NCBI RefSeq assembly: GCF_037042905.1
Contig: NC_087252.1
Coordinates: 4,838,001 to 4,902,000, forward strand
Direction: 5' to 3'
Length of the DNA stretch: 64,000 nucleotides
From: Lytechinus pictus
Lineage: Eukaryota
Shown: positions 49,244 through 62,843 of the stretch, one piece after another
Numbering within the stretch: position 1 is the stretch's first letter
Layout: every line of letters starts with the position of its first letter
Notes under the pieces: model-generated
The model's database searches: none
Told to the model about the DNA's origin: nothing
Seen by the model: the letters and a program-made list of their open reading frames with translations, nothing else
Program-made: the position numbers and the translations under genes

Positions 49244-51627
49244 CATGGGTGTCGATCGGTATTCTTGGTTGGGGGGGGATGATGGACACAAATGTTCTTG
49301 TGGATGGGGATCTTTCAACATTACCCCCACTAAAATCACAAGTTAGGACATTTGGGAGTGGTGTTCTTGCAGCTAGTGGTGTACCGTGAGTCACGGCATT
49401 GGGGCCGGGCACCAGCATAATTTTGAGTCACTTGGTGACTGAGCGCGCAAAGCGCGCTCAGTTGCCAGGTATACTGACCTAATAGGTACATTTTAAAGAC
49501 AGTGCCATTAAACGGATATGTATCTCACTGCTCAATTAATGCGAGCACGAAGCGCGAGCTGAAAATTTTTGATATGCAGACCAAAAAAGGACATTTTAAG
49601 CAAATTTTTGTAATTATACATACCTGTCTCGCTAAACAAACAATGCAAGCGCGAAGTGCGAGCTGAAATTGTTGTAAATATTGACCCCAAACAAGGACAT
49701 GTTAAGGACTATATTTTAGGAATCCATTAAGAGTATACATATCTCACCATAGTCATCTAATGCGAGTGCAAAGCGCTTAATTGCTGATTTTGCTACATCT
49801 AAACACATGAAGCACTTTTTGCAGTCATTGTAATCATGATAATACGCATCTCTCATCAAATATTGCGAGCGCGAAGCGCGAGCTGAAAATTTGGAATATT
49901 AAGACCTGAAGAGAGGCATTCTAAGGCCTGTTTGTAAGAATTCACTAAGACCATACGATACGTATTTCACTAAACAAATGATCCGAGCGCGAAGCGCGAG
50001 CTGAAATTTTTTGATATTCAGATCAGAAAAAGGGACATTTTTAGGACTGATTTTTAGGAATTCATGAAGAGCAGACATATCTCACCAATCTACTAGTGCG
50101 AACGTAAGCACGGACAGGAAATGTTTTATATTAATACCTTAAAATGGGGCAATCACTTTAAGTAGTCATGAAAAAGAACCATATGTCACTACATAAAACA
50201 ATGATAAGTCGAAGTGCGAGGAAATATATTTGGTGTATATTGACTTTAAACAGACAATGCGAGTACCGGGAACAATGAAGACATCTAGGCCTGAGCAAAA
50301 TAAAGTTATGAAAAAATGTTTCTTATGTATTATAACATAACATTATTATAATATAACATTATAATAAACAATAATTTCTTCATTCCCACTACGTTTCTCT
50401 TCCTTTCTCCTCTTCCCCGTTTTTTTTGCCAGCCGATGGGGGGGGGGGCACGTGCCCCCCATGCCCCCCCCCCCCCCGTAGTTACGCCACTGTAATTTCT
50501 CGGAAATTCTTTCATTGTTGCAGTGTACTGTACTTATATAATTTTTTTTTGAAAATTCAATTTGTGTTACAAGTAAGCCTATTCTAAACTCATACGAAAG
50601 AAATAATGACAAAAATTGTCTGGACCATGTACAAAGTGATCTGTTTATTGAACATGATGTATACAACTTCTCTCTTAAATCTAACCCGACTGGCAATATC
50701 TTTTTTCTTCTTAATGCATGATGATAAAATGCAGATTCGGACAAATTAAGACTAGCACAAATTACAAACTGTGTGGCTTCTCGTGCGCCATCGGGCTTAC
50801 CGTCATTCCTTAGACGATTTTAACCCTGGATTTTAACATGTTTTAAATGCTTTATAAGTGCATGGAACAAAAACAAACATAAAAACAATCAAAACTCAAC
50901 TGTCATGTTATGATATTTCTCCAACATTTTCTTGAACCATCAGTGTGTAATATCAGCTAATATATGTTTTAAAATGAAATTTACGTACCGCATGAGTGTG
51001 CTCATATAGAATGCAAAACTGTCATCCCTTTCCAAACTCAAAAGAGATTTCTTTTTGCCAAAATAAAGAAAAAATCAATCAAGTTTAGTTATTCAAGTCC
51101 ATAACAATAACAAGAATATCATGGGAAAAAAAACATCCGATGTTCATATCCGAAGATACGCTTTAGAGAGAAATGAACGATTATTCTATCTGAAACCATT
51201 AATTGATTTCATTTTTTAAAAAATTGTAAAAATATGATCATATTACCACTGGTGGGATGGAACACTCTATCAACAAAAGTTGTTTTTCGTCGGGGTCCTT
51301 TTATGTCATGTGTTAAAAAATATCATATATACATAAATATTTCATTCTTTTTCATCTTGAACCTCCACCCATCTGTTTAAAAGTCCTAGAAAAGAATGTT
51401 TTTATTTAATAACAATATACACGAATTGCGAGGGAAACAAACTGATTGATGGCATACTATAATCATCACTATAATCATCATGATCAAACTTTTCATTTTT
51501 TCATCATCATCATTATAATAAATTTTCTACCCTAAATTATTGGGGGGATGATAATACAGACCACCCCCCACTTGAAATATTGGGGGGGATATATCCCCCC
51601 CCATCCCCCCCGTGATCGACACCCATG
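49244..51627. mobile_element. 2.4-kb composite non-autonomous hAT-like element, 8-bp TSD
   Basis: catcagtc|catgggtgtcgatc...gatcgacacccatg|catcagtc. No transposase ORF; it appears to contain a nested element at ~49374-50492. Confidence 0.82.
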
Positions 51628-52555
51628 CATCAGTCACTTGAATTTATTAATGTGCTCTGATAAATTCACGCGTTATCGTTTTCCGGAGATATCGATCGTC
51701 ATATTTTGAAATCAGACACTCGGAATTCAATTAAAGGGATAATCCGTGCTGAAATATCCGTACGAGTCACAAAGCAAAATGCTGAAATTTTTTCATCAAA
51801 ATCTGAATAGCGAAGATATTGTATTTTAAATATGCACGTCATCATGAATATTGATTAGAGTATGGAGGTCACATCCCCACTTTCCGCAATCAAACAAGAG
51901 ACTTGATAGGGTTTGGGCCCCGGCATAGAAGCAAAGCTTGTGAAAGGGGCCTATATCATGTATATATGAAACAAACATAATAAAACAAAGTACAAAGGCA
52001 GGAAAATTGATGAAAAAAATATTTACAAAAGTACTAAGAGATTAGCTCGCGCTTCGCGCTCGCCTGATTTTCATAATAAAAGAAATGTAGGCCCATGTAG
52101 AATGCTCAGATTCTATGCCTACATCTAAAACACGAGCACAATATTGAGATACGCAGCGAAAACGTGCGTGAAATTATCCTGTTTCAGATTAGATTATCAA
52201 AAATTTTCTACTCGCGCTTCGTGCTCGCATTATTAACGTAGGAAGATACCCAATTACCCACCTTTTTCATGTTTTATGAAATATGAATAGAGTGTCTCCC
52301 TTTTTGGGTTAATTTTTTCCGCTCACGCTTCGCCCCCCCCCCCCCCGGTAGGCGAAAAGGGGGCGCCAAAAAGAAAAAGAAAAGAGAGGGAAAGAACAGG
52401 GGAGGAAAAAAGGAGGGAAAGAAAAAAAGAAAAAGAAAAAAAAAACGGAAAGATATATATAGAGAAGGAAAAAAAAAGGAAGAGAGAAGGGGGGGGGGCC
52501 GAATTTATGTTATACTTATACTGTCGCCAATCGATGTTCGAGATAGGGGGAGGGG

Positions 52556-52726
52556 GGGGGGCGCCAAATTGATGTTCAACCGAGGGGCGTCGAATTGATG
52601 TTCGACCTATAGGGGCGCCAAATTGATGTTCAACCGAGGGGCGTCGAATTGATGTTCGACCTAGGGGCGCCGAATTGATGTTCAACCGAGGGGCGTCGAA
52701 TTGATGTTCGACCTATAGGGGCGCCA
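52556..52726. repeat. Short tandem repeat (dimeric ~54-bp unit, ~3 copies)
   Basis: ggggcgccaaattgatgttcaaccgaggggcgtcgaattgatgttcgaccta repeated. Confidence 0.85.
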
Positions 52727-53931
52727 TCAATTATTGTTTAGTAGGGTGACGATCGTGGTCAGATAATGCTTTAATAAAATGTCCAACTTTGGGTCGATAG
52801 ATCAAAAATTTTCAGCTCGCGCTTCGCGCTCACATAAGCTGTTTTGTTAGATACTCATCCTGTTCATGATTAATAATAATAATAATAGGCAGTTCTTAGA
52901 GACGCATAATACCATATAGTCTTTATGCATGTAGAAGAATTGATGAGGCAGATTGTTCCACAATTTTGGTGCCATTATTTTTTCCCCAAAGTTCTATAAC
53001 CAAAAGTCTCGGACTTTACACTCGTATTTCAGATTACTAAAAAATGCATACTCGAATGTCCAAATTTTAAATCTACAATTTTAGAATATACAAAATTTTC
53101 AGCTCGCGCTTCGGCTCACATAATATTGTTTAGATAGATATTCATCCGCTGTTCATGGTCCCAAAAATTTGCTTAGAACGAATCACAAGTTTTGGGTCGG
53201 AATATAAAAAAATTTTAGTTCGCGGCTTCGTGCTCGCATCGATTAATTAGATGCCCATCCTATTCATGATTACAGAACAGGGGCCAAAAGCTGGGGTAGG
53301 GTGCTGACCATGCAAAAAATCACAATCATATGGTCATTTTTACGTTTTTTGTACACGGTTTTGGAAAAAAGGGGGGCTGAAGCCCCCCTCCCCCCCCCGC
53401 TTCCGCGGCCCCTGCAGAAAGTGTTTAGGATGTCCAAATTTTGCAGGTAGAAAATAAAAAAAAAATCAGCTCGCGCTCACATCAATTGCTAATTAGTTAA
53501 ATGACCATCCTGTTCATGATCACCGAAAGCGCTTATGTCAACATTTTAGGTCAGAATATAATTTTTAGCTAGCGCTCTGCGCTCGCACAATAATTGTTTA
53601 AATAGATACCCATCCTGTTCATGGTTACAAAACATGCTTAGAATTTCCAGCTTTGGGTTGGAAAAAATGTCAGCTCGCTCTTCACGCTCGCATAAAATGT
53701 TGAGATAGATAAGGTGACGAGTCATCGTTAGATAAAGTGCATAAAAATAATGTCAAACTTTGGGTCGGAATATAAAAAAAAATTAAGATCGCGCTTCGCA
53801 CTCGCATAAAACTATATAGATACCCACCATGTTCATGATTACCAATAGTGCTTATAGAATGTCAAAATTTTAGGTCAGATTAAAAAATTTTCATCTCGCG
53901 CTTCGCGCTCGCATCAATTACTAAGTAAGAT

Positions 53932-54075
53932 GTGGAGCCTCGTGGCCTAGTGGATTAGTCTCCAGACTTTGAAACATAGGGTCGTGGGTTCAAATCCATG
54001 CAGCCATGGCGTATTTCCTTCAGCAAAAAAGTCATCCGTGTGCTGCACTCGACCCAGGTGAGGTAATGGGCAGGT
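53932..54075 (+). mobile_element. tRNA-derived SINE (family B)
   Basis: gtggcctagtggattag..gtgggttcaaatcc..tgtgctgcactcgacccaggtgagg. Confidence 0.75.
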
Positions 54076-54278
54076 ATCGTTCTTAACGGCAGATATCGTT
54101 CTTTACTCGGTTTACTCAGAACCATTTCTGCCGGATTGCTGCGCTTTGATTTTCTTTTTATTTATTTTCCTATTAAAATATGTTAATAAAAGCCGGGTAT
54201 AGGTCCTATATAATTTCGAAGGAAATGGGTACAGTGTGCATGCAGATCGAGAATCGATAGCAAGAACAATATGAAATT

Positions 54279-54536
54279 ACACTGTTGAAAATAGTTTAAA
54301 CAACGCTGTTTGCTGTATGTAAATCGCACAGTAGGCCTATATATACTGTTTAAACATTTTAAACAGGTGTTTAAAATCTTAAACAACAAAGTTTCAATTC
54401 AAATATTTAATTATCAATAATTTAAGCATTTTTTATATATGATTATTGTTTAAGATTTTAAAAACTTGTTTAAACTGTTTGAACTACTGTGCGATTCACA
54501 TAGTGAACAGCGTTGTTTAAAATATTTTTAACAGTG
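54279..54536. mobile_element. Palindromic MITE with CACTG termini
   Basis: cactgttgaaaatagtttaaacaacgctgtt..aatcgcacagtag / ctactgtgcgatt..aacagcgttgtttaaaatatttttaacagtg. Confidence 0.7.
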
Positions 54537-55317
54537 AAGCTCTGAATACGCTGGACTCTTGGAGCACGATCCGCCGTCAGATATTGTTCCTAACCGCATC
54601 TGCCTATTATGATAGCACCGGATCCGCCGCTACACCCCGACGACTGTGTATACCACGGGTGCGGATCAGATCGACTGTTATGTTGAATAATACGTGGACG
54701 AGCTGTTTAGAATCTATCGGGCATAATAAATGGCAAACACACACACACAGCAACGGTTTGTCGGTATTAATTGTGTGTGTGTGTCCAAAGGCGATTATAG
54801 TCTTTGTTCAAAACAAAATAAATAAATAAATGAAGCACTGGCGAATTCGGGGGGGGGGGGGGGGGTGCACAGCCGGCCCGTGTCCCACTTTTGAGAGGCA
54901 CAATTAAAATTTATAATGTAAAAATGCCGTTAAAACAGAAGTGCCCCCTTTTGACCTTTTGATAGTGAAGACCTTATTTGTCAATTTTTTTCATGGACAA
55001 AATCCCTTAATTTTTGGTTTAAGCCTTTTTTTTTTTTTTGGGGGGGGGGGCTTGTCAAATTTTTCCTCAGGAAAATGTGCCCCCCCCCTTTCGAAAATTC
55101 CTGGAGTGAAGGTATATATTGTTGATGTTTGATTGTTCCAAAGGTTAAATTTATCCAGGGGCTTCGGAACAGTTTTGAAAGTGGAGGGGGAAGGGGGGGG
55201 GGGGGGTCTGACCATGCCCTAAAAATCACATGTCAGATATGGTAATTTTTTAATGTTTTTTAATTTGTACACAGCCCCCGCAGGTTATCATCACACCCCC
55301 ACACACACAAATATTAA

Positions 55318-55935
55318 AGGGATGGTCCGGCTGCCAAATATTTATATCTAAATAAATAGAGTAAAATTCATCACAAAGCAAAATGCTGAAAATTTCATCA
55401 AAATCGGATAACAACAAAGTTATTGAATTCTAAAGTTTATCAATATTTTGTGAAAACAGTTATATGCACATCGATCGTCATGAATATTCATTAGGTGGGC
55501 TGATGATGTCACATCCCCACCGAGTTCCTTTTTTTTGCTTATGTTATTACATGATGTCATATTTGTTTCATATTTTCATACATGTGTAAACGATGTGTCT
55601 CCATTATGGTGAAATAAGTTGCGGCAATAAATAACTAATGCACTTAATCAGTTGTCAATCCAATTGTTTTAGTTTTGGTAGAAAATTTTAGAATAAACCT
55701 AATTTCATATAAAATACAAAATAACAAGTGGGGATATGACATCATCAGCCCACGTAAAGCATATTCATGAGGACATGCCTATATAGATCAATCTGTTTCA
55801 CCGGGATAATGCAAATCTTTTAAATCCAATAACTTCGTTATTTGTTATCCGATTTTGATCAAATGTTTAGAATTGTGCTTTGTGAATTTTACTCTATTTA
55901 TTGAGATATAAATATCTCCAGCCTGGACCATCCCT
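55318..55935. mobile_element. Kolobok-like non-autonomous element with TTAA TSD
   Basis: ttaa|agggatggtccggctg...cagcctggaccatccct|ttaa. Confidence 0.85.
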
Positions 55936-55960
55936 TTAAATCAAGAAGATGAGTAATCTG

Positions 55961-56510
55961 CCCGGGGGGGCCACTTACATTGACGAGTGGATACCATGCG
56001 CGACCAAAAAAACACGTAAAAAGGATGTCTTTTTCACGATAGGGCACGTTACGTACGTAACGTGATAAGGGTGTCAAAAACAAAAAAATAATGAAAAAAG
56101 GGTATCTATTTCGCTAGGAAAATTACTTGTTTAGGGTCGAATTTGCGGGGATGATAAAACAAAATGAAAATGTTTAATAAAGGATGTCCTTTTTGCCCCA
56201 ACACTTCGTGTTTAGAGTCCGATTTACGCGAGGTGTAGAAGGTGGGGTCGTACTAAACCAAATAAGGTAAGACGAAGACCGAAGGACCCGTAACAATAAA
56301 ACATTCCTGTACTTGTTTCGGGGTTCATTTCAGGAAATATTTGCCAAGAGTATCGTTTTATTTCCAATACTTGTTAAGGGTAGGGTTTTAGACGCCCATA
56401 CTTGTTAAGGGGTGCATTTTCAGAATATGGAAATTACGTGTTTAGGGTGCTTTTCGAGACCCCATGGTCGCGCATGGTATCCACTCGTGAATGGAAGTGG
56501 CCCCCCCGGG
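55961..56510. mobile_element. TIR element with 8-bp TSD; partial inverted copy at ~20830-21140
   Basis: gtaatctg|cccggggggggccactt..gagtggataccatgcgcgacc...ggtcgcgcatggtatccactc..aagtggcccccccggg|gtaatctg. Confidence 0.88.
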
Positions 56511-57040
56511 GTAATCTGACTCACCTCGTCCTCTCATTTTATCAGAATAATTATGTGTGTCGATTTAAATGCGCGGTCATCTAATGATAATTTACAAAAC
56601 AAATTGAAAATTTGAATTCTACTCTCCATTATTCTTTTCTAGAATAATAGAGGTAGTCATAAATAAGCTCATGTACATTAGGCTACAGTGGTGCACAGCG
56701 GGGGGGGGGGGGGTAGGGGGTAGGGGTTCGGGTTGCATGCTCAGCGCTTATCATTAATTCAGGCATTATTTAGGCCTATACAGGCCTACAATATTTTTTT
56801 ATGGCATCGACATATTTGTCATATTGCGGTTTTGATAAGTTGTCCCTTTAAACAAGCCGAAACGGCTTCTTCATAAGAAGTTTAGTTGGGTGAATAATTT
56901 CAGCAGGCCTACGTGAATCCGACATGAATTACTAGTAGTAAATGAAATAAATTTAGATCAATCAATAAATAAGCCTTGATCCAAGACTAGATCCGGAAAA
57001 CCAAAACTGGTGCAATTCGTGCTTGGATCATCGTGAGAAA

Positions 57041-60000
57041 ATGGTGGATGCAGCAACCAAGAAAACTCTTAACAACATTCCATTACTTAAAACCAAAGCA
57101 GGGCCGCGTGACAAGGACTTATGGCCAGCTAGATTGAAAGAAGAATACCAGTCATTGATTCAGGTATTTAATCTCTCTTGAGTAGAATTGTGTGTAACAT
57201 ATGTTTGCTCCAATTTTCAGCAGGGCATCGCCACGACAGCGGTGTCCTAGCGGGGTAGATACGGGGTAATATTTGTGGTAAGACCGGCACGCGACTGGGC
57301 CGTGCCTAGGGTAGGCGTGGTCGTGATGCATGATGCTTGGGTCTTGGGATTGAAATGAAAAGGACTTTTGCGAGGACCGCCTTTTTTAATTGATTTTGAA
57401 TTCTAAGAATTAGATTATCATTTATATGAAACATTTGGTTTCGATTCACTTTGAAAACTTGAGTCGAACAATTTTGAATTAGAACTTGAACTCAAAGAAA
57501 AATCCAGAAGAATTGTGTTCGTACTTCGTCTTCGTTTAAAGACAAGTCATAGCTGAGACAAGGTCTCTCAGAGAGTTGTCACACAATGGAATAATCTACC
57601 AGATGAAGTTGTGAACAGTCGCACTGTCAACATGTTCAAATCACATTTTGAAAAGGTGCGGAAAAGGTCCCTGAACATGTACAATCCAGACGAACATTTT
57701 CTATGTCCATGCTCTACCCATGCCACTCAACGCCAAATAAGTTTTAGGTACCAACGTTTGGATACAGAGGGGCAAATAAGGTGTGTATAACTTTATGCCT
57801 ACTTCCAAGGTAAATTTACATATTCGAAGAGCTAGTGACCACAAGCCTGGCCCTTGTAAAAGAGGCTTTATTCTCCTGCCAATTTAAAGTTATGAGATAA
57901 GACTTTAAATAATTCAATGTTTGAAATGGGGCAATGGGCTGTGAAAAGAATGATTAGAAAATCATGTTCTTAAGTTATTACTATCCTCTTGTATAATGGA
58001 ACAACAAGGAATATAGGACAGTTCGAGAGCTGAAAAAAAAAAGGGTCAAGTCCAGCCAAATAAAATATTGATTTGAATCAATAGAGAAAATACAACCATA
58101 TAAGCATAACTCTGAAAATTTCATCAAAATCGGATGTAAAATTTTTCTTATAACAGTTATAATATGCACAACTCAGTGATATGCAAATGTGAGAGTCAAT
58201 GACGTCCCTCACTATTTCTTTTGTTTTTATTGTTTGAATTATACAATATTTAATTTTTTGCAGATTTCACAATAATGACCAACTTGACAACCATAAAATG
58301 TTAAAATAATGGTAACTCACACATTTAAGGAGGAATGAAACTTTGTTTCACATGACAATGAGGAAAAAATTAAAATACTTCATATTTCATACTATAACTA
58401 GTGAGTGGATGATTTCATCAGTCCCCTCAATTGCATACAGACCAGGGGTGGTATTCTGAGATCCATTTTATCTCAGATAAAATAAAATATTTTATCTCCG
58501 TTAAAATCAGTGAGATAAAATACCCTTAAAATCTCTCCGAATTGGTATTCTGAGAACAATTTTATCTTCATTTTATCTCTGTAAGACACACCTATTTTTT
58601 AATCAATATCCAATTAGAAATGCGCTTTTATAGCTCTCTCATATCACTCAACCAATGAAAATCCATTCCGCCAGGAGGTGTGGCAAAGGAGTGAGATTGC
58701 GTCAATCTATTGACTTCAAATACGCTTGCAATATACGCTTGCGCGTCTTTACAGAGATTTCTTTTAAAAAAAATGACAATACTCTCATCTTTTTTCGAAG
58801 TCTATATTTCCTCTTTTCAAGCATCATTTCAAAGACAATATTAGTCAAGAAAAGTCTCATGAAATACTTCCTGATTGTACAGGAATAACGTTAAGGTATT
58901 ATTCTCAATAAATATATAATTTTTCTTCATTTTCATGTCAACATTTGTAGTTAATTCACCAAGAAATAATGATGAAATCAACGTCGCGGAGATAAAATAG
59001 CCCCTACCCTCTTTTAAGTTTATTCTATTTTTCTTCAAAGTAACATGAGCGCAAGCACATCATCCGCGTTGCAATGGCCAGATACGCGAAGGGTATGTCT
59101 ACGCAGGCACTCCCCTGTTGCGTATTATCTGTAGATACGCAAGATAAAATTTCTACGCAAGATAAAATTTAAAATTTTATCTGAAAAATAAAATGTCATC
59201 TCAGAATACCAATTTCATTTTAAGAGATAAAATAAAATATTTTAAAGATAAAATGACCTCAGAATACCGCCCCAGGATGTGGATTACAACTGATTTGTGA
59301 AATTACACAAAAAATTAAAACGTCAGAACTTTCTTATCTTATATCAGATGTCGATGAAGTTTCATTGTTATGCTTGTTGGATTTTTCTCTTTTTATTCAA
59401 ATAAACTTTTGTTGGGGTGGACTGGTCCTTTAAAAATATCTTATCAATGTTGATACAGTTGTCAGTGTTTTGCTTGTTGGATTTTTCTCTTTATATTCAA
59501 ATAAACTTTTTGTTGGGATGGACTTGTCTTTTTAATATTACCGGTAATCTAAAAATGAAAATTATTAACTTTCTCTATCCTCCAGTATGTTGAGAACAAC
59601 AAGGAAGCGGACAATGATTGGTTTAGACTCGAGTCAAACAAGGACGGAACGAGATGGTGGGGGAAATGCTGGCATATCCAAGATCTCTTGAAGTACGAGT
59701 TTGAATTGGAATTTGACGTAAGTGAAGTGTTTAAGCCAGTCCAGAGCTGCCAAGTAGTACCGGTTTTCCGTATAATAGGCCTACTGAACAATGAAAATAA
59801 TACTGATGGTTTCATGCAAAATACTGATTTCTAAAGTTCAGTTATATGTGTTGTCCTATGGTATTTCTTTGAAAATACTGATTTTCAGCCTTTAAAAATA
59901 TTGAAATGTTCTTGTTCAGGTTGATAGCTCTGCCAGTCTGTCTTGAAATTTGAAGGAGAGGAGATTATAATTTACTGACCCCAAAAGCCATGACCCCCCC

Positions 60001-61745
60001 CCCCCCCCCCAAAAAAAAAAAAAAAAAAATTGTATAGTTGTAAAGGTTGTTGCATCTTTATGGCTCAGCCAATTGGATATTATTAATTGCTGACCCCAAA
60101 AAGCCATGACCCCCCCCCCCAAAAAAATGGTATAGTTGTAGTTTGTTGTATCTTTATGGCTTGGCCAATCGCTATTCTTTCAAACCAGGGGGCTGTTTCA
60201 TAAAACTTTTTATACTATTACTAACAAATTTTGCACCAACAGCTACTGAAATAATTCAATTTGATTGGCTGATAGTGAGCTTGTGATAGAAATTGTGCAT
60301 TTGTTGTTATAACAAGTCTTTATGAAACAGGACCCATATATTCTTAGTTTACATCAGGCTCTGTCATACCAGTCTGAAGAAGATACTAACTTATCTATCT
60401 GATGCAATTAATTGAATATACACATTATTAGTAATGGCTGTTGGTCATCAAACTCAATTCTTTTCTTAGTTATTGACAACGACACATGTTTCTTGCCACC
60501 CCCCATCCGACATTGTGTTGGCCCAGTAGAGCATCCGTCTCACAACTGGGAGGTCGGGAGTTCAAACCCCGGCCGCGTCAGACCAAAAGACGTAAAAAGG
60601 TGCGAGTTCAGTTGCTGCTCCCCTGTTTGGCTTTCAACATTTAACGGATAGAGCATCGTTGATCTCGCGCTGCACAGTGGCTGCAGGGTCCACGATCAGT
60701 TGGGCAAAATGAATTTTTAAAGAATATTTCTCTTTCTATTTCGAATAATAAAATATGGATTTTCATTATGTTTTGTTTTCATTTTCATATTGAATTGCAG
60801 AAATTTTAAATTTTGAAATACTGTTTGGGTTTGCATTTGATGACAGATCCCTGTAACATACCCTGCCACGTCACCGGAGATCGCCATTCCAGAGCTGGAC
60901 GGGAAAACAGCCAAGATGTACAGGGGAGGAAAGATCTGCTTAACGGATCACTTCAAGCCACTCTGGGGAAAGAATGTGCCCAAATTTGGCATCGCGCACG
61001 CCATGGCATTAGGGGTAGGTTTGGGAGAGAGATGTGAGTGTGCACCGTTCTCCATGAAAAAGGTTCAATGGACAAAGACTTACCCTAATACTGCTAGTAT
61101 AATTGAAGTTGAACATTCGAAAAGAAAATGACATGTTAGCCATTTTGTGAAGTGGAGCAAATGGAAGAGTACTCCCTATCCTACATAACAATGGCATGAC
61201 CAATTTTGCCAATTTGAAATCTCCAGCCTATGTATCATGATTATAAGATTTACAACTTTTATAAATTCATAACTTTCTCATTGTTTGTCTGGTATGGTTA
61301 AAAATTTCACCCATATGCTTGTCTTATGTTTCTTTTTCCCCTATGAAAAGCTCTCTCTATTTTAATTTGATTCCTCTTTAAGTGGAAATAATTACATAGG
61401 ACGTTGATAGAAATATATTGATTAATGCACTTTACATTTGTTCAATTTTGCTGCAAAGATATAAAAGCAGTTCAGGTGATTTTCTAAGCTCCATTGAAAT
61501 CAGTTTCACTTAGAAGATGTAAATATTACATGTTTAGCATATATTCTGGTCTGAAATAATGCTCTGAGTTGGGTGATTTTTGACTTGCAGAAGGTTGACC
61601 TATGCAGAGTCTAATTTATATCTCTAATTTATATCTCTTTCTCTGTCTTTTGCAGTTGGGCCCATGGCTGGCAGTGGAGATCCCTGATTTAATATCAAAA
61701 GGACTTGTGAGGCATAAAGATGAAGGAGCTGCTTCCAATTCATAA
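57041..61745 (+). CDS. UFC1: Ubiquitin-fold modifier-conjugating enzyme 1 (UFM1 E2), 170 aa. Exons 57041-57163, 59586-59717, 60847-61014, 61656-61745
   Basis: [59 protein letters not shown]../[40 protein letters not shown]../[16 protein letters not shown]. The catalytic Cys lies in GGKICL; all introns are phase 0, GT-AG. Confidence 0.97.
57560..57670 (+). mobile_element. CR1/L2-clade LINE 3' fragment
   Basis: Translates to [30 protein letters not shown], the typical 'RVVxxWNxLP..V..FK' C-terminus of CR1-type ORF2. Confidence 0.7.
58042..59429. mobile_element. Kolobok-like element interrupted by a nested MITE
   Basis: agggtcaagtccag..ggggtggactggtcct|ttaa; the interior is collinear with 45673-46258 except for the insert at 58446-59272. 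Confidence 0.75.
58446..59272. mobile_element. Non-autonomous TIR element with CAG TSD, nested in the Kolobok-like copy
   Basis: cag|gggtggtattctgag...ctcagaataccgccc|cag, with subterminal (ttttatct/agataaaa) repeats. Confidence 0.85.
60511..60705 (+). mobile_element. tRNA-derived SINE (family C)
   Basis: cagtagagcatccgtctcacaactgggaggtcgggagttcaaacccc head followed by a non-tRNA body. Confidence 0.65.
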
Positions 61746-62689
61746 TGTTGAGATCACTGCCTAAAGTAGAACTTTCTTATAGCCAGAGGAAATTCAGTAA
61801 CGACTGTCATAGATTTTCATTGTTTTCAATTTCTATGGAAAGCCTGTGATGTCATAATTAGTCATCTAAACACATGTATGTTTGTGTGTAATTCCCTTGA
61901 GTACAGGACATGTATTGTATGTACTACTAGGGACCTGTAACACAAAGCTTGGCAATTGATCATGTGGCTGATTTTATGTTTGATCGTACACTATCGTCAC
62001 TGCAATCCTTTTTATTAATAATAGTCCCGTGATCAATCACTAATCTTTATGTAACAGGGCCTTGGGCCTGTCTGACAGAGAGTTTCGATGGGTGCTTGAA
62101 ATCAAACTCGGACGGTGTTGGATCTGAAATTCCTATCTTTTAAGTGCACAGAGTAGATCAATCACGATATGACATCAGTTAGAATCAATTGCAACTCTTT
62201 GTAGGACGCGGCATGTGTCATTAGTTCAAACATCAACACACTCCTCTTCATCCACAAGGTTATAAAACGTACATACAGCATGTGCACTCTTTCTAGGTGA
62301 CCAGTTATAGCATTAGATTCATGGATTTTAATCACTGTTGAAGCCCAGGACCCTGTCTAACAACAAGTTATGGAAAGACAGCGACTCCATCATCTCGAAT
62401 ATATGAATCTTTTTAAAGTGGTCTCTACATATGATGAACATCATATTGCATGTGTCTTTGTTGTAACCAGGTATGCAAGTTATAAACTCAGAAAAAATTA
62501 AAGGAATCCCACACTCAAAGAGAGAATCAATCTGAGGAGATGAGTAAAATGAGTAATTACTTTCATATCTCATCTTACGCTTGTGCGATGAATGGTTATT
62601 GAAACATATGGCTTACCATAATCTAGTCATGCATATGGTTGTATGTAACTTATTTAGGTCAAGCTACATGTACCACTTTTTTAGCAGCA

Positions 62690-62843
62690 CTCGGTGCATT
62701 CAAGGAAATAATCTTAATCCTAATCCTGGGTGCACAATGAATGTGAATCCTGCCGAGGGGAAATTATGACATGGCTTGGATTTGAACCTATGCCCCTCTT
62801 GTTTCAAAGTCTGGAGACTAATCCACTTGGCCACAATGCTCCG
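62690..62843 (-). mobile_element. Degenerate tRNA-derived SINE (family B)
   Basis: Reverse complement shares agtggattagtctccagactttgaaaca..ggttcaaatcc with the 53932 copy. Confidence 0.65.

Noticed and set aside
47200..57000. Autonomous transposase or hidden gene in the DDX6-UFC1 intergenic region
   Set aside because: Only non-autonomous TIR elements, SINEs and tandem repeats are visible, with no long ORF or DDE/RT motifs.
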